This document shows positions 41,947 to 55,689 of a stretch of DNA of 64,000 bases, one piece after another. The stretch is from Octopus sinensis (Eukaryota). The DNA lies in assembly GCF_006345805.1 (NCBI RefSeq), contig NC_042997.1:134106001-134170000 (forward strand), in the 5' to 3' direction. The position numbers and the translations under genes were made by a program. The first letter of the stretch is position 1. Each line of letters opens with the position of its first letter. The notes beneath the pieces were generated by a model. That model ran no database searches and was not told where the DNA came from. It worked only from the letters and a program-made list of their open reading frames with translations.

Positions 41947-44309
41947 ACTCATAGAATTGATTATATTGAAAACAGCAAAATGTACACATACGAAGCTAAA
42001 GCGAAGCGAAATCTATTAAAAAATGGCAAGTCACCAATTTAGCAAAAATGACTAAATGTAGTCAATATAGGTGCAAAACATACTTCCTGTAGCATAATCA
42101 TGCTATAAAACATGTAAAGTCACCAATTTAGCAAAAGTGAATATGTGTCACCAGTGTTACAAAGTACAGAAAGTCAACATTTATTTGGAACATGCACTAA
42201 ATGTTATAAAATTCAAGATTGAATATCACGGTGAAGAAAGTGAAAGCCTAAGAAAATTCAGAAGGCATAATTCACTTTTTTTATACAAAAAAAATTTATT
42301 CTATAATTTTGAAACGAACGCTGAACCAAGTGTATAGAAAAGAAAATGCTGTTGTTGTGAACGTTAATTTGAAATATTTGCTGAAGGATGTATGTAGCAA
42401 GATACAAGTTAATTTGACATTACTAAATATGTTTTAACTGTTTACTTTTATAGGCTGTAGAATAAATACCGACTAACGCAGTAAAGAGGTTGTGCGATGT
42501 TGATACTCTCAGAGATGAAGAAGCTTGGGAAGACTGTTAAAAATTACGTTGAAGCTAGTTAGAAAGTGTGGAATAATATTTCTGCAATTATAGTGAAAGA
42601 GCCGTTGCGGCTTTCTACTTCGCCAAGTTACTGAATTTGTTATAATAACCAAAATAACATTTTTCCCAGATATATTTGCGAGTCTTGTGAGTGGTGTAAA
42701 ATCAGCCAAATCTTCATGTTGGTAGTACTTGAAAGTGAACGTTGTTGTTCGTTTAAAGTCCAGGCCGCAACTAAAGTTTCAATATCGGCGCGTTTAACTG
42801 TTGGGCGGGAGAAAGTTACATACATAACCTAAGACACACACATACATTAACGCACACCTGAAGCCTATCTCTGTCCCTGTGTGTCAGTTGTCACAAAAGG
42901 TATGCATACAGACAGACACATACACCAACACACACACACACTTATCAGTCATCGGCCTAACGTAGGTAACGAACGCGCGAACACATTCAAATAGAAAATG
43001 TGACGTCATCGTCGTTATAGTGGTGATATAAAATGTCGTTTATCATAAGTGACTAAAAGAAAAATGACAATGTAAAATTTTTGTAATGCAAATATGTGAA
43101 TGAAAATATAGTTTCGTTGATAGCCAAAAGCCTACTGAATCTTTTGATACCCCATACGTTTTGGAATGCATAAGGAACATACGCGCCCGCACACACAGAC
43201 ACACATATACAAACTCTCTCTTATATATATATAACTATCTATGTATATATTTTTTAAATGCAGAAATGGTTAAATTTGCCATCTTTGTATGTCTGCTACG
43301 TAATTATATCTATATTATAACATACTTCTATGCAGAGGGGACTAACATCCCCGTTAACATGCATCTGATATAAAACAATGTGTCTGACACTTATGGCATG
43401 CAAATTAGTAACTCCAGTTCTATGTCGTTGCTGGATTTGTTGAGCATATAAGTATTTGGGACACACACTCACACTCTGTGGAATATTAAACAATTATATA
43501 AATCAAAAAATTCCCAGATTATACGTAATTAAAATCATCACATAGTAAGGTAACTAGAATTACAAATTTAACGTCTGTTACATCCTACTTTCTTTATAGC
43601 ATAATTCGCAACCTCTCTGTTCACCTTAGCACGGAATAGCAAATTTCCTAACAGTTTATTCCATAGTTTTGTTTGTATAGATACACACTTGCATGCATAG
43701 ATATGTGTGTGTGTGAGTTTGTGTGAGTGCGTACGTAAGTAGTAGTCATAGAAGCATCTAGACATCCCAGAATGTATATATGCATATGAGTTCTTCATAT
43801 AAGTAATTCGTAATTGACTTTTTCCCTTGTTTCACATACTCGTTGGCCATGACTAATTTTTAATTAGTTTTATAACATTCTTAATGAATAAATGCTTTAC
43901 ATAAACGAAGTAATGTTCATATCTGTCTACTTCCCCCCCCCCAAAAAAAAAAAACACTTACCACACACCGACATACGAATATAAACAAACCCACAAATAA
44001 ATATACACATGCACGTTGTTGAAACATCCTGGCCACGTAAGAATATGAATGATTTTGATACAATGTCCTCTTTTTAACACTGAATTCTGTCTGTGTTCTC
44101 TTTTTAACACCGAATCTTGTCTGTGTGCAGTCTACTATGATCACCAGATTGGAATTCTCTCTCTCTCCCTCTCTCCTTCCTTCCATATTCCCTCTCTCCT
44201 TCTCTCCCTTGCTTTCTCGCTGTATCTTTCTCTGTTTCTCTCTCTTTCCAAATGTGTGTCTGTGTGAATGAGTTTTATGTATGTATGCACATACGTATGT
44301 ATATGAAGT

Positions 44310-46590
44310 TATATATATTCCCCCCACACACATATCCTATTCCGAAGGATATTTTTGCAAATTTAAATGGCGACAGAATATTTTCGAAACTGGATCTGTC
44401 TGATGCGTATCTACAAATTAAAGTAGACGGGGAATGCCTGAAGCTTCTAACTGTGAATACGCACAGAGGGCTATACAGATACAATGGACTACCATTTGGT
44501 CTGAAGGTCGCAGCTGCAATATTTCAACAGGTTATGGATGCGATGTTGGCGGACTGTTAATTTGCAATTCCATATCGCGAAGATGTATAAATTAAAAATG
44601 AATCTCGTGATCAGCATATCGAACATGTGAAGTGTGTTTTTCAAAAAATAAGAGATTATGGTTTCACACTCAGTGAGGAGAAATGTGAATTGTTTTGGCC
44701 TAAAATTAAATATTTAGAACAAATTATAGATAAAAATGGAAAACGACCTGACCCGTCGAGGAGAGACGCAATTACAAATATACCTCCCTCAACTAACATA
44801 GCGACATTAAAAGTTTTCTTGGCCTAGCGAACTATTATCAAAATTATATACCAAACATGTATGAATTGAGAGCTCCACTTAATAATTTGCTAAAGAAAGA
44901 CGCCAAATAGAAATGGTCAAATAACTGTCAAAGGCATTTCAGGATATTAAAAAAATGTTAATTTTAGATTTGCTGCTGGTTCACTTCGATCCTGCAGCGG
45001 AGATTGTTGTAGCGTCTGACGCTTCTGAATACGGCATTAGAGCAGTTTTGCTACACAAATATAAAGACAGTAATATGAAAGCATGAGTTCATGCCTCACG
45101 TGCTCTGACTGTAGTAAAAAAAAACTGCAGTCAGATAGTGACAGAAGATACAGCGATTATTTTTGCCCCTGAAAAATTTTTACAGATTTCTCCACAGTAG
45201 ACGTTTTCGGATTCAGATGGACCACTGAGCGTTGTTATCAATTTTTGGATCGAAGAAAGGAATTCCTACCATTACAGTCAGAAAAGGAAATTAAAAACGT
45301 TGTGTAGTGTCATTCAGGACTGTACAAGATATAAAATGTAAATCAGCGGAGGACAAATACATTATAAAAATGAAGGAAACCTTGAAAAATTAACATTAGA
45401 GAAACGCAAATGCGATCCATTTTTCACTCTACAACAGTACGCACAAAGGGTGGTCTACCAACTGCACAACAGAAGCGGATATATGAATTTTATTGTGAAC
45501 ACCCGGGGATGTCAAGAATGAAAGCTTGATGAGGAGTTACGTGTATTGGTCAATAATGGGCCGGGGCATTGTACATTTGGCAAAATCATGTAGAGGTTGT
45601 GCGCTAGCAGCCAAGGCACCACCGGTGAAATACCAATCGTGGCCTGAGGCGGATAGTCCGTAGTCCAGGGTTCATATAGATTACGCTGGACCAGTGAAAG
45701 GCGCGTAATACTTGATCATTGTTGGTAGCTTTATCAAGTGGCCGGAAGTATTTAGGTGCAGTCAACCTAGCTCGAAGGCAACAATAAAATTCCTGCATGA
45801 ATTTTTTAGTCGATACGGTGTTCCGGACACCATAGTATCGGACAATGGAACACAATTTACAGGATATGAGTTTAAAAATTCTGAAAATGTATGCAGTCAA
45901 GCACATGTTTAACCCATTCTACCACCCGAGGTCAGATGGGCAAGCAGAACGATTCGTAGATATTTTTAAGCGAGCGCTAAAAAAAGCAAGGAACGAGTTA
46001 GGAAATGACAAAACGCTAAATTATTAAGGGTGTACAGAATAACGCCCAATCCAAATACTAGCTCAGGCAAGTCTCCTGCAGAGCTAATATTCATTCGAAA
46101 GATTAAATCGATCTTCGGCAAATTGTTGCCAAAGGGGAAAAAAAGCGTATAGAGGAAATACAAAAAGTTCAACCAAACATTTTGATGTCGGAGACAAAGT
46201 CCATTTCAAAGTATACAAGTAAAAGTAAAGAAAGTTGGCAGAGTGGTGTAGCGACTAAAAGAATTGGAAACATGATGTATTTAATAAAAGGCCAACGATG
46301 GAAGCGTAAACGACACCTAAATCAATTAAAAACCAGACATACAGAAGAAAGGAAGGAAATTCCAGTGGAAGTGCAATACGACATGTTTAATGTGCTTCAG
46401 TAGATTGAGCCTAGAGGGAGCAGTAACAGAAAACGTAAACAGACTGAACATTTAGAAATAATTCCTAAGCGGAAAGGTACTGAACTCCCTAGGGAAGCAA
46501 AATTTCAAAATGGGAGAGGTGTTGGAAATAAATAAATAATAATAAGATAAATTTCATTTTCTACGAAGATCAAAATCTCAAAAGGGGAGA
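44310..46590 (+). mobile_element. Gypsy LTR retrotransposon pol remnant (RT-RNaseH-integrase)
   Basis: FSKLDLSDAYLQI, LPFGLKVAAAIFQ, VASDASEYG, HPG..CRGC, RVHIDYAGP, IVSDNGTQF, HPRSDGQAER; many stops; PPT aaaaggggaga at ~46580-46590. Confidence 0.92.
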
Positions 46591-46808
46591 TGTTGTGGCG
46601 AGAATCACGACATCATCTGCGAGAACAGACCAGAGAGAGTAGGCGTTAATTGCAGGAAGTCGCAAGATGTCGTTTTGGTAGTATATCGTTTGTTGGCTCG
46701 TGTATAGTTCGTGGAGAGTTTGTTGGATTGTTACGTTGTTACTACCCTGCTTCGTTACATGTTTGATTGTAAGTACACGGTTATAGTGTAAAAAGTATAA
46801 TCATAACA
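46591..46808 (+). mobile_element. LTR (218 bp, TG...CA)
   Basis: Follows the PPT; ends tgttgtg/cataaca are imperfect inverted repeats. Confidence 0.7.
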
Positions 46809-46824
46809 ATTGGCGATACAACAC

Positions 46825-46880
<56 letters not shown>

Positions 46881-46992
46881 TCCAAAGTTTTCTATTCTCT
46901 TTTTCGGGACCTCCTTTATGCACACGACTGTGACTTAGTCACTCAGACAGTGGATGACATGCAAATACATATGAATCATATTTCTGCTTCTT

Positions 46993-47410
46993 ATTTCTTT
47001 ATTGCCCACAGGGAGCTAAACATAGATGGGACAAACAAGGACCAACAAACGGATTAAGTCGATTAGATCGACCCCAGTGCGTAATTGGTACTTAATTTAT
47101 CGACCCCGAAAGGATGAAAAGCGAAGTCGACCTCGGCAGAATTTGAACTCGGAACGTAATGGCAGACGAAATACCTATTTCTTTACTACCCACAAGGGGC
47201 TAAACACAGAGGGGACAAACAAGGACCGACAAACGGATTAAGTCGATTACATCGACCCCAGTGCGTAACTCGTACTTATTTAATCAACCCCGAAAGGATG
47301 TAAGGCAAATTCGACCTCGGCGGAATTTGAACTCAGAACGTAGCGGCAGACGAAATACCGCTGAGCATTTCGCCTGGCGTGCTATCGTTTCTGCCAGCTC
47401 GGCGCCTTAA
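46993..47410 (-). mobile_element. tRNA-SINE family A dimer
   Basis: Two units; 15-bp TSD atatttctgcttctt at 46978-46992 and 47411-47425. Confidence 0.85.
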
Positions 47411-47479
47411 ATATTTCTGCTTCTTGTAAAGCATTTGAACTCAGGACTAGCCTGGACAAGACTGTCTTAATGTTCTAGC

Positions 47480-48300
47480 CTGCACCAGGAAATCCATATG
47501 TGTAACCAGCTATCTTGGTTGAAGTAACAATACTGAAAAGAGTAGACAAGTTTATCTACCTGGGCAGCACACTCAGCCGTTCTTGTTCCTTGGATGATGA
47601 AATGTCTTTCAGGTTGCAGAGAGCAACTGATTCCTTTAGGCCTTTTGAGTCTTGTGTCTGGTCCCAACACGGCATCACAAAGCGAACAAAAATTGCTGTG
47701 TACCGTGCATGTGTAGTGATATCACTCATTTACTTATATGAGAAATGAACCCTTTACAAACGTCATGTAAAGATCATTGAACGCTTTCATCAGAGATGTC
47801 TGAGACACATTCTGAATGTCGGCTGGACCTTTAAAACTCCAGATACACAGGTCCTGAGGAAAGCTGACAACCTGAATATTGAGGCGATGGTGCACAAACA
47901 CCGATTACATTGGATTGGACACCTTATTAGAATGAATGTTAGCCAGATACCGAAACATATGCTATATGGGGAACTTGTTAGTGGAAAGCAACCCCGGCAG
48001 AAGCTAAGACTGCGACTTGAGGGCTGTGTAAAGTGCTCATTAAAAGCTTGTGAAATGCGGGAGGGCTGACTGAGAAAGCAATGCTTGTCATCGCTACGGA
48101 TGGAGGAAACAGGTGAATAAGGAGTCAACACCTTTGAAAGAACACATATTCTTCATGAAGAATTTAAGCGTGCTGCTCGAAAACGCACTGCTAGTGTAAA
48201 GAACTGGGAAAGCTTGGTCTGCAATGTTTACAGTCGTCTATGTTTGTCAAGAGCAGGACTCGTTAGTTACCAGCGGAGCCGCAAGTATAAAGTATAAGAT
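47480..48300 (+). mobile_element. RTE-clade LINE 3' fragment
   Basis: VDKFIYLGSTLS, TKIAVYRACV, ERFHQRCLRHIL, RLHWIGHLIRM..IPKHMLYGEL. Confidence 0.88.
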
Positions 48301-48395
48301 AGTGTTGAACGCATAATATTCCTAAAGGTCAGTAATGATCACGAGTGGACGGCCACCACACACACACAGACACAGATACACACATGCACACACAT

Positions 48396-48428
<33 letters not shown>

Positions 48429-48806
48429 ACACACACACAAATGTATGCATGTATGTTTGTATGTATGTATGCATAATGGGCTTCTTTCTGTTTACCACAT
48501 CGGCTCACAAAGCTTTGTTCGGCTTCAAGCAAAACTAGCAGTCAAAACATCATTGAACGTCTGCGACTATCATATATATACATACATATATATATATATA
48601 CATATACATGCATACATACATGCATACACACATACATACATACATACATACATATACATATGTACGTTTCTCTCCTTGTTTCTTTCTGTGTTCCTTTCTG
48701 TGGAAGAGCGTAAGCTCGAAACGTTAAAAACTTTTTCAATTCCCGAGCGTTATCTGTTTGGTTTCTAAACCACCTGTCTTCGTCTTTTGTTTTTTTCTTG
48801 AATTCT

Positions 48807-48896
<90 letters not shown>

Positions 48897-49275
48897 TGGT
48901 GTGCGGTGGTTAAATTGTGGCCATTTATATTTTTAATTCCACACATGCACATTGTTTGCTTTTGATTTTACCGACTACACAGTATAGTAGGGTCAGCTGG
49001 GCACCGTCTGTGAGAAAAACAGCCCCATGATGCATTCCCCACTCTGCTGGAAACTTGGAAACGATATGCTTGGAATTCGCGCCGGAAGCTCCAATACGAA
49101 CACTCTGAGGACAGCGCAGAGGATTCGGAAAGAGTTGGATGAATCTAATGGTGATTACGAAGATACGGCAGAGCGGAAAACTCAATCTGATCGAATTTGT
49201 TGGTGAGATCCAGGCCATGATTAACAACGATCCCCACAAGACAATCAGGTCATTCGCTTGAGACATGGGAGTGTC
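48897..49275 (+). mobile_element. Tc1/mariner (maT-like) 5' fragment
   Basis: EFVGEIQAMINNDPHKTIRSFA.DMG resembles the Tc1/maT HTH region; starts after (TA)n. Confidence 0.55.
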
Positions 49276-49735
49276 TTAGATTCTTATCAGGAAAGAGAAT
49301 ATCATTCGGCTTGGAATGACTTCACTGGTATTATGCAAAATTTCCCTGCGAATAGGAAAGATGACAACTATGAAGGGATTGTGGAGGAGCTGATTAGAAT
49401 GAATGAAAACAATAATTTTGCATTCATATTTTGTTATCAGCAAACTTAATTTTTAAATGCTAACGTGCAACTTAGCAACTTTGTGATTTGATTTATCGGA
49501 TTAAAACAATAAGACTTATTGTATATTAAAAATTGCATGTATCTATGTTTAATCCTCCCTTTATATGCATGAAATAGCTGTTTCTGGCAAAATTAAAGAT
49601 TATATATCTCAAAACTGCGAAGTGATAGACAAAATCTGATGCCAGATTTGAACTCAGTACCCAAAAATTAGCTAAAAACCAATTGATAAACCTTGTGCCA
49701 GAAAACGTGCTTACAGTGCAATAATTCCTGGGGTG
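49276..49735 (+). mobile_element. Chapaev3-like transposon 3' end, at the same site as 19237
   Basis: AWNDFTGIMQNFPANRKDDNYEGIVEEL; terminus aataattcctggggtg matches the reverse complement of 19237-19255, and the flanking host sequence also matches. Confidence 0.75.
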
Positions 49736-50579
49736 CACGCAGAGCAGCGAGAATCCAAATAAAAGGATATTCTCCGATAAAGAAAATTAAGAGGGATTAA
49801 GAATGTACAAAGAATGGCCAGATACGTCATTGTTTAGATCCTAGCTTTTTTGCATGCTTCCCATGAAAAAGGAAAAATGTTTGGAAATTTTGATATGAAA
49901 TATTTGTATTCTCAAGTATAGAAGAATTCCTTGTTATACCTATTTGTTATGACTGAATGTTACTCACAATTTTGTACATTTACGTTGAGGGATATCCCTT
50001 CTTATTGTTTATATAATTGTAAATTAATTAGTGTTGTAAATTTCGAGATTACGGTACAAGTTATATTAACTCATATACCTGCGACATTATAAGCTTCTTT
50101 AATTCTAATGGTGTAGTTGTACTGCATCACTTGGAGAGACTACTCTGATACACAGAAATTCTATCGAGTAATTATATAACAGTAAAACTTACTATATAAA
50201 ATGATATTTGAATCATTATCGCTGTTTATTGCAATCCAAAAGAAAAGAAAATAAATTTTGCTATTACAAATGTGAACGCTTAAAGTGAATTTGTCTTTGC
50301 ACAACAGTGTCCGGACGAAAATGTATAATTCTATGTTAAAATTAGAGAAAGCAGGTAAGAAAGCATATATTGCAGCTTAGATGAATGTATATCGATAAGA
50401 TCTACAATAACACTCACTGGACAGGGTCATGGTAGTAGTGAAATTCTATAAATCCTTAAAAAGTATTACACAAAGTCCGGATTCACTATACAACCGGATG
50501 AAAGCTCCGTATAGTTTGGAGTTCCACAAGTTAATATTTTTAAATCATATATTTTTCATTGTTTTATGAAGAACAATAA

Positions 50580-50779
50580 ATGGAAATCCCATTAGTGGGT
50601 TCCCCAGCTGTATATAAAGCGCAAAATTCAAGACAGTCGATGTCATTTAGAAGCACATCATATTAACAAAGGAATAAGATATCTTGCTGCCTTAGTGCTT
50701 TACTTACTTACGGTCGTACTGCTCTCATCTTGCTTTCTGTTTCGAAGAGAACAAATACTACAGTTAAAATAATAATGGT
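50580..50779 (+). promoter_or_regulatory. IL-17 paralog promoter and ATG-only exon 1 (TATA 50611, Inr ~50645, ATG 50775-50777, donor 50778)
   Basis: Inverted homolog of 18170-18380; intact TATATAAA, TCATTT and ATG|gtaagt; kB-like ggaaatccc (50582) and gggttcccc (50597). Confidence 0.85.
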
Positions 50780-50979
50780 AAGTAGACTTTAGTTTATCTT
50801 ATTGAGCGCGTTTCTGCATGTCACACCTTAAATATTTGAGTTTTCTATATGATGTAAAAAGCTTCAGAATTTGTCTACAATAATCAAAATCAATCAATCA
50901 ATCAATCTATCTATCTAATCTATCTACATGAGTATGTATATATCTACTTACCTACCCATGGTACTCTGTGTGTGTGTAT

Positions 50980-51073
<94 letters not shown>

Positions 51074-51251
51074 TAATAAATAATGAGGGAGATAAATTGA
51101 ATATTAATTTAATTATTGTCAATTTAAAACCAGTAGCCTAGCGTATAAAAGATCTGAAAAATCAGAAAAAATTCAATACATGTTTATATTTAGGCTAAAA
51201 CGTGAAACTCAGAGTAACAGTTTTGTTGAATTCTCTGCTGCTTTAAATAAA

Positions 51252-51317
<66 letters not shown>

Positions 51318-51544
51318 CTCGCATAGAAGAAATGAAAAAAAAAATAATATGCTGAAAATTTTATCAGAGATGTTGAATGTAGTGTGATTGGTGGCAAGAT
51401 AGATAACTTATTTGATGTTGATTTTCTAAAACCGCTAAGATGTATATTATAACATAATTGCAGCATTGTGTTTCTGATGTGTAAAAGAATTATGCATTAA
51501 TACAGGATATATATATATATAAAAAACCATTTTATCGACACAGG

Positions 51545-51870
51545 TAAGATTGTGTAGTGAAGAGGTTCGCTTTACAACCATGTTGCTTTGCGGTTCAATC
51601 CCACTACACAACATCTTAAGCAAGTGTCTCCTTCTGTATCCTCACAATAACTTGTGAGTGAATTTGGTAGAAGGAAACTGTGTACAACCGTAAGTTATAT
51701 ACGTGTGTATGCGTGTGTGTGTGTGCGCGCACACTTACCTTTGTGCCTGAGTTTTAACACACCTGGCTTTAACAAGTAAGTACTAGTATCGATATGTTCC
51801 ATCAAACTCATCACAGCGATGTCCCAGCATGGCCACAGTCTAATCATTGGAACAAGTAAAAGATGAAAGA
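51545..51870 (+). mobile_element. Old SINE family B in the paralog intron, shared with 63270-63590
   Basis: Same position and flanks in both paralog introns. Confidence 0.7.
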
Positions 51871-52195
51871 TTTTCTTCAGTAAATTTCAACAATTCATTG
51901 TAACATATCTTCTTGGTTCAAATGTTTCCTTATACTATAAAAATTCTTATCTGCATATAAAAGTTGTTTACTTATAATTTCACACATTTACTTGTATATT
52001 GGCACTCCTCTATTTAATGTATTTGCCCTTTGGCTCTTATTGTCTTTCGGCTTGCAACAACAGCTATTTGAAGTAGTTTCAAGTGAGGCAATCTATTGTG
52101 TATGTTTGTTACTTTTATTATTTGTCTTCGTTACCATTCAAAAATGAAAGTAAAGTAAAATCATGTGTCTAGTATCTACATATATACATACATGC

Positions 52196-52232
<37 letters not shown>

Positions 52233-52326
52233 AAGATACATACATACATACATACATACATGCATACGTACAACTACACACACACACGCACACATACATG
52301 CATAAATACATGCATGCATACATACA

Positions 52327-52362
<36 letters not shown>

Positions 52363-52996
52363 TATACATACACACACACATACTTAGAGAGAGAGAGAGA
52401 GAGGTAGACAGAGAGAGGCCAACCATTGTTTCTTTCAGCATTAGACGAGGGTCGCTGTTCACTTCCTGTCTATGTATATGGATTAGGTTTATGATGCATA
52501 TTATAGGTGCTATGAGATATAATGTCAGTGGTGTTTCTGAGGTTTAAAGATTCTTAGGGGTTTTCGACATCGGATTCCCTCTCCCATCTGATCTATTCGT
52601 GGTCAATCAAGTCCAAACTGGCATCTCAATAGCATTCAAACACTGATCTGCCCTCATGAGCCAAAAGCCACATGTTGATCTTCATTGCAACTTCTATCTC
52701 TCCAGCATTCCACTCTCTCTTTTCCTCTCTCTCTTTCTCTCTCTCTGTCTATATGTAGTGCTGTGACTAGGGAGAATTTTTATGCGAATATTATTAACAC
52801 ACACACTATTGCAACACACGCGTTCATATAATGGATCTCACAAACCAAATACAAAAAAGAAGTAACTCCCTCTATTCCTGTATGTATGCATGCATGTATG
52901 TATGTATGTATGTATGTATGTATGTATGTATGTATGTATGTATGTATGTATGTATGCATGTATGTATGTATGTATGTATGTATGTATGTATGTATG

Positions 52997-53068
<72 letters not shown>

Positions 53069-53139
53069 ACTCTGTCTGTCTATCTACATACATACATTCA
53101 TATATAATATATATTATATAATATATATATATATATATA

Positions 53140-53277
53140 TATGTGGCGTAGGAGTGACTGTGTGGGAAGTAGCTTGCTTACCACCACATGGTCCCGGGTT
53201 CAGTCTTCTACTATAGCCCGGGCCGACCAAAGCCTGTGAGTGGATTTGGTAGACGAAACTCAAAGAAGCCCTTCGTA

Positions 53278-53371
<94 letters not shown>

Positions 53372-53541
53372 TTGTGTGTCTGCGTTTGTCCTTCCAACAT
53401 CGCTTGACAATCGATGCTGGTGTATTTACGTCCCCGTAACTTAGCGGTTCGGCAAAGAGACCGATAGAATAAGTACTAGGCTTCCAAAAAATAAGTCCTG
53501 GGGTCGATTTGCTCGACTAAAGGCGTAGCTCCAGCATGGCC
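53140..53541 (+). mobile_element. SINE family B running into the gap
   Basis: Head ggcgtaggagtgactgtgtgg; tail cut at cagcatggcc by the Ns. Confidence 0.8.
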
Positions 53542-53641
53542 NNNNNNNNNNNNNNNNNNNNNNNNNNNNNNNNNNNNNNNNNNNNNNNNNNNNNNNNNNN
53601 NNNNNNNNNNNNNNNNNNNNNNNNNNNNNNNNNNNNNNNNN
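53542..53641. other. Assembly gap (100 N, probably of unknown size)
   Basis: Direct reading. Confidence 0.99.
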
Positions 53642-53656
53642 TATGTGTATATATAT

Positions 53657-53861
53657 CAAACTTGCTGGAATGAAAACAAATGTAGATTATTCATTAATAC
53701 GTTAAAAGGAAAGGCTCCATTTTGCAGCACTCCGACTTTGTCGTTTCTAACCATTAGATTGTGAAACTCGCTCACTTTCTTTTGCGTATTCACAGTCGAA
53801 AGTTTTTAATTATTGCTGGATATCCTTCATAGATACATACATATAAATACATGTGTTGAAA

Positions 53862-53931
<70 letters not shown>

Positions 53932-53958
53932 TATATAATATATATATATTATATATTA

Positions 53959-53994
<36 letters not shown>

Positions 53995-54207
53995 TATAAT
54001 ATATATATGTATATATATATAATATTTATATATAGTTATATATATATATATTATATATAAAATATATCTATATATATATATATATATAATATATTTAGAT
54101 ATAATTATATATATATATATATATAAAATATATATATATATATATAATATATATATATATATATAATTATAAATATATATTTATACATTTGTATATATAT
54201 ATATATA

Positions 54208-54247
<40 letters not shown>

Positions 54248-54372
54248 TCATATATTTATACACACATATATAGATACATAAACGTAGAAATGTATATATA
54301 TATTATATATATATATATATATATACCATATATATATATATTATATATATATACATATATACATATATACGT

Positions 54373-54406
<34 letters not shown>

Positions 54407-55270
54407 ATATATATAATAATATAATATATATATATCTACATGCGTATATCCTAAATAAATTTAGATTAAAGAAATATTTACACGCATGTATAACAATATA
54501 GAATATTTATATCCTTATACATTTTCAATATGCAATATACAACGAATTTCATAGTTTGTACATAATTTCATATGTTTTTATAATAATATCTTTGTAAATG
54601 AGAATTTTGTATATTTTTATAAGAATTTATTTCTCAATAATATTATGTTTAATATAATTTAATATAATCCTATTCTATATATTTCATAAATAAAGGGAGC
54701 AAGGAGCGACCAGTTTATATCGTGTATAAATTATAATTGTAATATAAAATTGCATTCAACGAATAAAATATAATGTAATCTTAAATGTTCCACCTTTTTA
54801 TTTGTTTCTTATGTATTATACTCTTGCCTAAAGTAAATCATATATTCTTTGGATACAGTTGTGGACAGCTGGATGTCCCATTCAAATCTTTTATCCGTGT
54901 TTTTTTTCTGCGGCTTTTTTTATACCACTTTTGTTTTGTTAGTGTACTCGCTTATTAGTTGGAGGTAAAGGAATTTTTGAACAGTGCCTGTGCTGTATAT
55001 ACATATATTATGTCGAGATGAAGTCTCAGCCGCCTTATTTATAGTGAGTGTATATACATAAAAGTATGAGCAACGAGAGACATATCACTTCGTGTGTTTC
55101 TTTCTCTCTGAATCCACTGCTTTAAAATTATTTAATGGAAGAGTATGCGTACATCTGTGGAAATACCTATTTCGCGATTCAATATCAAGTACGATGAACT
55201 CTTTGGTGCCACCTGATCATCCACAGACGAAAATAACTATTTTGCTCTTTCGAAATTGTGTAAAGAAATA
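53657..55270 (+). repeat. Inverted paralog of the IL-17 3' flank (16150-15030)
   Basis: For example ggaatgaaa.caaatgtaga..attcatt.atac; cagctggatgtc.cat.caaatctttta; gcggctttttt.atacca; ggaagagtatgcg. Confidence 0.85.
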
Positions 55271-55500
55271 TTGGGTTGTCAGGAAAGTTTGTGCCGATTT
55301 ATAGTAGCTTACATTTCGACTTATTTTAGAACATGGTTGAGTTCATAAAATAGGATTTGACTACACCTCCATTTAGAGCACAGTTTAAAATATCTTTTCG
55401 TGGAAGAAGGTTTATGTTGCTATAACCTGTGTTAATTCTGTAACTCTTTAAAATGGAAGATAAGAAAGTTAATTTTCGGCACTTGATGCTTTGGGAACCA
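55271..55500 (+). mobile_element. mariner 5' TIR and start of transposase
   Basis: ta|ttgggttgtcaggaaagtttgtgccgattt; ATG at 55453 gives MEDKKVNFRHLMLWE. Confidence 0.7.
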
Positions 55501-55689
55501 GACAAATTGCTGCAGCTCGGCTGTGATGCTTCACTTATTGGACTGCGAGCATACAGAGGCATCACCTTGAAGAGTTATAGTTGAACAAAGCCACATCATC
55601 ACTTATGGTTAGCTTTATCTACTTAAGCCTGTTAAGTATTCTATCGGTATCTTTTATGCAGTCACTAATCTGCCGTGACGTAAGTAATG

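Noticed and set aside
52831-53121. ORF starting MDLTNQ, similar to MDLSQ
   Set aside because: It aligns with intron sequence of copy 1 and runs into (TATG)n/(TATC)n; coincidental.
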